A DNA stretch of 63,423 bases, counting the filler, from Reclinomonas americana ATCC 50394 (lineage: Eukaryota): NCBI GenBank assembly GCA_048213135.1. It is 4 parts of one record of this genome, joined end to end, with 100 filler letters (N's around TTAATTAATTAA, not from the genome) between each part and the next. Parts side by side here need not be neighbours in the genome. Positions count along the whole stretch, not along the records: positions 57,332 to 63,423 come from PS015504.1; 3 more parts are not named here. One strand, 5' to 3'. The translations under genes and the position numbers were made by a program. Shown piece by piece: positions 57,332-63,423 of the stretch (position 1 is the stretch's first letter; each line of letters starts with the position of its first letter). A model generated the notes under the pieces. It was not told where the DNA came from and ran no database searches. It saw only the letters and a list, made by a program, of their open reading frames with translations.

Positions 57332-60300
57332 GTCGCTTCTCTGTCACCGACTCGCCCACCGCTGCCGACATTACTCGGCGCAAAAAATCGGGTGGTGCGA
57401 AATCGTCGACTGCATCACAGAAGCAGTCGACAAGTCGCAAGGCTGTGGCCGCGTCGTCGTCGTCGTCGGGAGTCAAGGCCGGTGGTGCCGCGTCTGCTCG
57501 ATCACAGTCGGCTCGCTCGAGCAGTCGTGAGTCGGCAGGACGCTCTGGCTCGCGTCCCAACTCTGCCAAGGCAGGCGCTGCTGCTGCTGCTGCCGCGGCG
57601 GCTGCAGAGGAGGAAGACGAAGGCGAGGACGAGGAGGAGGAGGAGGAGGGCGCCGGAGAAGATGAGTGGAATGAGGAGGACTTTTCTGGTGAGGGCGAGG
57701 AGCTCGGCAGTGATGCGGGAGACGACGAAGAAGACGACGGTGCTTTCTCGGACACCAGTGCACGCTACCGCACAGCGGCGGCCGTGGCCTCGCGTGCCAG
57801 CTCTGCGGCATCCACTGCACGTGATTCGGCTCGGTGAGTGCACGCGATGTGGAGAGTGTGTCTTGTCACAGCCGACCAACTGTCTGTGTGTGTGTGTTTG
57901 CTTGCAGTGAGAACCGACGTGCGCGGGCTGTGCTGCGTCGGGATCTGTATTCGGGACCCGAGTTGAAGGCGCCGCGTGGAAGCAAGGAGGTGAGTCGAAA
58001 GTCGATGCTTTTTTCTTCTTTGCGTGAGCTCATTGCCCATGTTTTCTTGCTTGCAGTGGCTTGTGGAGGTTGAGGAGTCGAATCTCCTGCTGCGCGAACT
58101 CGTACAGGAAATGGACGCGCAGGGTGTGTTGTGGAACGGGCGAAAATGGGCCGAGGAGGTGCTGGAGACGATTGGGCGCATCTTTGCACGTGAGCGCGAG
58201 TCACGCAAACTCATGTCGATGACGGAGGAGTGTGGAATGCGCGCTGTGGAATGCATTTTCAACAGTCGCCGTGCGAAGAAGCGTCGTGGTACCGACGACC
58301 AGGAGGCAGCGGATCGTGCACGCTGTCAGCAGTTTGATCGCGAGTTGAACGACATGGCGCGAGCGGCAAATGTTTCCTGGACTCCGCTGGGCAAGCTCGA
58401 ATCGCTGCTGACAAGCAAACGACCAGGCGTGCTATGGATGTGGAGGCAGGTGGCTCGCAAGGCCTACCTTGTACTGCATCACGTCAACGAAACACTCTTT
58501 AACGAGCTCAAGGAGCGCTACCGCTACTGGGAGCACATTGGCCACTTGTATGGCGACAGTCGAGACAAGGATCCGGCCTCGCGCGGTATGTTCATTTATT
58601 TGGTTCATCCCATGTCTTGTGCTCGCCTGCTGACTCTCGGTCTGGCGTGCAGGAGCGCGGCCGAAACCGCTCACCAAGCTGTCCTCGTCAAGGTAAACAC
58701 GGAACGCAGCTTGTCTCCCTCCCTCTCTCTCTCTCATCACTCACTAATCCGAGTGCAGAAGTGTGGCCAGTGACACGAGCGCCCGCCGCCTGTCCGGCCG
58801 GCGAGACTCGACGGCGTCGAGTTCCACACCAGTCTCCGCGGCCGGTACTCCGTCTGTGACACCGGCGGCCACGGCACGTGTGGACAGCGAGGCTGTGAAG
58901 ACAGTCAAGTCGCCTCCTGCACAGCAGGCATCGTACTCGGTACGCCAACGCCTCCTTCCCCCCACATGTTGCACTTGATGATGTGTCGACTAATGTGGTG
59001 CTGTGTGTTGTGACGTATAGTCGACGTGGGATCACGCCGGTTTCGACAGTGCACGAGTGACGCGCCCTTCTCCCACGGCGGCTGCTGTGGGTTCCATACC
59101 GGTGCCAGGAACGTACGGCTCGACCGAATCGTGCGTACTCGCGTGTCGATCAGCGAGCGTCACAACACCAGCACTCACTGAATATGTGTGCGCAGATTAC
59201 CGCCGCAGGGAGAAATCCTCCGTGGTGGTGTGCACATGTCAGAAATCAGCATTCAGGTCGATGACCGCGAGCTGCACGAATTCGAAAAAGTGCTGCTCCG
59301 CGACCGGAACGAGCGGCAAGGCCTGTCGGCATCGGTGCTGCAGTTCCCGGTGAGGAGCATCCTGTGCCCACGTGCATGCGCTTCCCTTCTCTCCCTGCCT
59401 CGTTGTTGACTTGTCACGTGCAGTGGAGTGCACCGGGTCGCCGCGTCGATCATTCGCTGTTCCGTGGTGCGTACCTCGCGCCTGACATGGACGCTGGCGC
59501 CGGCTGGAAGAAACCACAGCGCGGCCAAATTGTGCCTCCCGGACGCCTGCGCCGCGTGCGACAGGGGGGCGGCGCGGCAGTTAGTGCCAGTGCCGAGTTG
59601 GACGCATCAACAGCCGTTGCGTGTTGTTTCTCTGCAAGTCTCCCACTCGCGCGACGCTCATGTGAGAAACGCACAGGTGCTGGATAGCGGTGAGGTCGTC
59701 AAGCTGCTGCCCGCTGGCATTCACTACGACTGGGAGCAGATTGTGCGCGAGGGTACGGTGCGCTTCAAGGCAGACTCATCGCTGCAGCACGACGGCGGCG
59801 ACATTAGTGTCACCAGTGACATTGATCTGGTGAGCTGCTGGCGACAAAAACGACTGCTCGTTCACTCCACACTAACTCCTGCTGACAGGCACAAGCAAGC
59901 TACGAGACACTGGAACGACTTTCGTCGCGTGTGGCCGCCTTTGGACGACAAGTGGAGGGCGTGAAGCAGGAAATGTCGGTGCGCGGCTCCATGTCGGGCT
60001 CGGCGGTCTCGACCGACGACACTCGTGTGTTGCAGGCTACCTCGTCGCCACCCAAGGTGCCGAGTGTGTGTGTGCGCGCGCGCGCGTTGCTGTCGTGTCT
60101 CCCACCTACCATCGTAGTCGCTGACAATCGCGTTGTCATAGCGCGGACTCGCTCTGGCTTCGAATGCCCGAGCCGACAGTCCCGAGCACTCGCGCTCACC
60201 ACTGCGAATGCATGCACACCGCATGATGTTCCCGGAGGGTCCAGTGCCGGAGGCCGCTCTCGAGCGTCGCATTGCATTCGCGCGGGGCTCGTTGCGACCG

Positions 60301-60981
60301 CAGTCGGCCAAGTTGCGCGCCGCAGCAGTGAAGCACGACACATTCCACGGCACTGACTCGCTGTTTCTCCTTTTTCTTTGTTGCACAGAGAACTGCGTCG
60401 TATCCAGACCAGTGTGCGTGGCCGCAACTCGTTGCGCCTCTCCGAGTCCATGGGGTTTGTCTTCTTTTTCTTATCACATCGTCGTCGTCGTGCGTGTCGT
60501 CCATCACACTCACCTCTCTCTCGCTGATCTCTCTCTTGTCTACCGCAGCCCCGGTGCTAGCGGACAACTGGCGCTCGGTCGCTCCATGTCGGCCACTCGC
60601 ACAGACAGCGCGGGACCGTCGGCACGGGAGAGTAGCGGCAGCGTGCTGGACGCACTGCAGGTCGGCATGGGTCGACCGCAGTCGGCCAAGCAGTCGGTGA
60701 GTCGCGATATCGAGCGCGACGGCGTGCCGATCCAAGTGGGACTGCGACCGCGGATACGGCCGCAGTCGGCACGACCACCATCTGCTCCCTCGATTCCACA
60801 CGTCTCTCGGGTCTGTGTGTGTGTGCTCTCACAGTTGTCGTTCTGAAGAAGCCTGCTCACTGACGTGTGTTTGCAGACCATGGAGGGGTGGATCTCGTCG
60901 GTGGCGGAGCGTGACGACGTCAAGTCGCAGATGAATGACCTTCGTGTGCGCTCCAGCGCCATGCAGGCCATCATGCTGCCC
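57332..60981 (+). CDS. Large unknown protein with Ser/Ala-rich and acidic N-terminus and RPxSA motifs, both ends incomplete
   Basis: Chain of GT-AG exons; poly-Glu tract; RPNSA and several RPQSA; no family recognised. Confidence 0.6.
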
Positions 60982-61978
60982 NNNNNNNNNNNNNNNNNNN
61001 NNNNNNNNNNNNNNNNNNNNNNNNNNNNNNNNNNNNNNNNNNNNNNNNNNNNNNNNNNNNNNNNNNNNNNNNNNNNNNNNNNNNNNNNNNNNNNNNNNNN
61101 NNNNNNNNNNNNNNNNNNNNNNNNNNNNNNNNNNNNNNNNNNNNNNNNNNNNNNNNNNNNNNNNNNNNNNNNNNNNNNNNNNNNNNNNNNNNNNNNNNNN
61201 NNNNNNNNNNNNNNNNNNNNNNNNNNNNNNNNNNNNNNNNNNNNNNNNNNNNNNNNNNNNNNNNNNNNNNNNNNNNNNNNNNNNNNNNNNNNNNNNNNNN
61301 NNNNNNNNNNNNNNNNNNNNNNNNNNNNNNNNNNNNNNNNNNNNNNNNNNNNNNNNNNNNNNNNNNNNNNNNNNNNNNNNNNNNNNNNNNNNNNNNNNNN
61401 NNNNNNNNNNNNNNNNNNNNNNNNNNNNNNNNNNNNNNNNNNNNNNNNNNNNNNNNNNNNNNNNNNNNNNNNNNNNNNNNNNNNNNNNNNNNNNNNNNNN
61501 NNNNNNNNNNNNNNNNNNNNNNNNNNNNNNNNNNNNNNNNNNNNNNNNNNNNNNNNNNNNNNNNNNNNNNNNNNNNNNNNNNNNNNNNNNNNNNNNNNNN
61601 NNNNNNNNNNNNNNNNNNNNNNNNNNNNNNNNNNNNNNNNNNNNNNNNNNNNNNNNNNNNNNNNNNNNNNNNNNNNNNNNNNNNNNNNNNNNNNNNNNNN
61701 NNNNNNNNNNNNNNNNNNNNNNNNNNNNNNNNNNNNNNNNNNNNNNNNNNNNNNNNNNNNNNNNNNNNNNNNNNNNNNNNNNNNNNNNNNNNNNNNNNNN
61801 NNNNNNNNNNNNNNNNNNNNNNNNNNNNNNNNNNNNNNNNNNNNNNNNNNNNNNNNNNNNNNNNNNNNNNNNNNNNNNNNNNNNNNNNNNNNNNNNNNNN
61901 NNNNNNNNNNNNNNNNNNNNNNNNNNNNNNNNNNNNNNNNNNNNNNNNNNNNNNNNNNNNNNNNNNNNNNNNNNNNNC

Positions 61979-62728
61979 GCAGCACGTCGAGGCCGGCGAT
62001 CTGACCGGCGTCCTTGGTGGCCGTGCGCTGCGCGTCGTTGAAGTAGGCCGGCACAGTGACCACGGCCTTGGCGACCTTCTTGCCAATGTACGACTCGGCC
62101 GTCTCCTTCATCTTGACGAGCACCATGGCTGAGATCTCCTCGGCCGCAAAGAGCTTCTCCTCGCCCTTGTAAATCACTTGGATCATGGGCTTGTCGTTCG
62201 GGCCTGCACACACGACGAGTGTGAGGATACGGAATCGAGAATCGAGCACAAAAAAGATAGCAAGGCAGCAGCACACACACATTACCTTGAACGACAGTGA
62301 ACGGCCACAGCTTCATATCGGCCTGCACTGTGGGATCCGTGTACTTGCGACCGATGAGGCGCTTGGCATCAAAGACTGTGTATGTGTATGTGTGTGTCAG
62401 GAATCTACTACATGCACGAAATAGTACACAAGTGTGTGCGAAATGACGCAACTTGTGTTGAGTGGATTGATCGCCGCGTGGTTCTTCGCGGCATCGCCAA
62501 TGAGGCGCTCCGTCTCCGTGAAGCTGACATAGGAGGGTGTGGTGCGGTTGCCCTGGTCGTTGGCGATGATGGTGACCTGGTTGTTCTCGAACACACCGAC
62601 ACACGAGTAGGTGGTGCCGAGATCGATACCGATTGCTCCTGCACGACGGAGAAGGTGTGTGTGAGGGGCGGGAGACAGGGAGAAGGGAGGGAGAGAGGAG
62701 AGAGGAGGCACTCACCGTTGTAGGTCAT
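61979..62728 (-). CDS. HSP70: Cytosolic HSP70, 3' part in gap
   Basis: [53 protein letters not shown]. Confidence 0.98.
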
Positions 62729-62787
62729 TGCTTGTGCTCCAAGGGAATGTGGAAAAAACTGAGTGAATCGGACCCACTTCAAAATGG

Positions 62788-62795
62788 TTTATATA
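62788..62795 (-). promoter_or_regulatory. TATA box of HSP70
   Basis: TATATAAA on the minus strand ~25 nt upstream of an Inr-like TCACTCAGTT and 60 nt upstream of the ATG. Confidence 0.65.
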
Positions 62796-63380
62796 CCCCA
62801 ATTGGGGGCTGTTTCGGGGGTACGACGGGGGACACGGGGCGAGGGCGAATCTGCGAGATGCGTGCGACGGGCGACGTCAGCAAGGGGTCACCATGCAGAA
62901 ACAGGGAAGCAGTAGTCGCTCACCGAGATTCGCCTGCTACGGTGGCGGTGGCAGGTGGGCGAGCTCGCAGGAATCGAGCTGTGACGCCATGCGCGCTGCA
63001 CTCCTGTCACATGAACGACCACCACGTCCAGCTTCTCGGTGGTGTTGAACTCAGGGTACACGGATATCAGTGTGTCGGATCCATATATCGAGGGAGCCAA
63101 ATTTGGCTCCCTATTGCATCACCCACCATACTGCCTCGTTTACCTCTATTACATTATCATATCGTCGGGGAAGAGTTTACCGCTGCTGCCGGCGACTCCG
63201 TGGCACAAACCCGCTGTCACTGTCGATAATACCATCGTCGTCGTTATCCGCTCTTGTGTTCTCCAGGTGCTTCATCATTTGCTGATGGGCGTCTCGGAAC
63301 TGCGCGGGTGGAGGGGAGGAGGTGAGCACAGCGAAGGCTAGGGGGAGGGGGGAGGAAGGGAGAGGTAGAGGGGGACGGGA

Positions 63381-63423
<43 letters not shown>

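Overview
Intron-rich, gene-dense eukaryotic (protist-like) draft genomic DNA with many N gaps. Three N-TTAATTAATTAA-N linkers (18131, 42990, 57276) indicate concatenated contigs, so gene order across them is not informative. Spliced genes reconstructed by eye: ValRS, a phospholipase B-like GDSL lipase, a three-gene cluster sharing an unassigned C-terminal tail (two are WD40 proteins with conserved repeats and hypervariable surface positions), stomatin, a DUF445 protein, PARG, an EF-hand protein, a TPT-family transporter, LITAF, a PD-(D/E)XK nuclease-like protein, a VNX1-type exchanger, CK2 alpha, ERG28, a bacterial-type TadA, a GNPAT-like acyltransferase with PTS1, CMC2, a large thioredoxin reductase, LKR/SDH, an EGF-repeat protein, an unknown acidic protein and HSP70. 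Top observations: (1) the thioredoxin reductase appears to be a selenoprotein with a 3'UTR SECIS and an atypical C-terminal Cys-Ser-Thr-Sec-Gly centre that only forms after splicing; (2) the WD40 plus conserved-tail family, including a domain-swapped member; (3) pervasive GTTGCGT/GTTGAG 5' splice sites, one of which splits the ValRS start codon. Exon boundaries are manual and not validated by RNA data.
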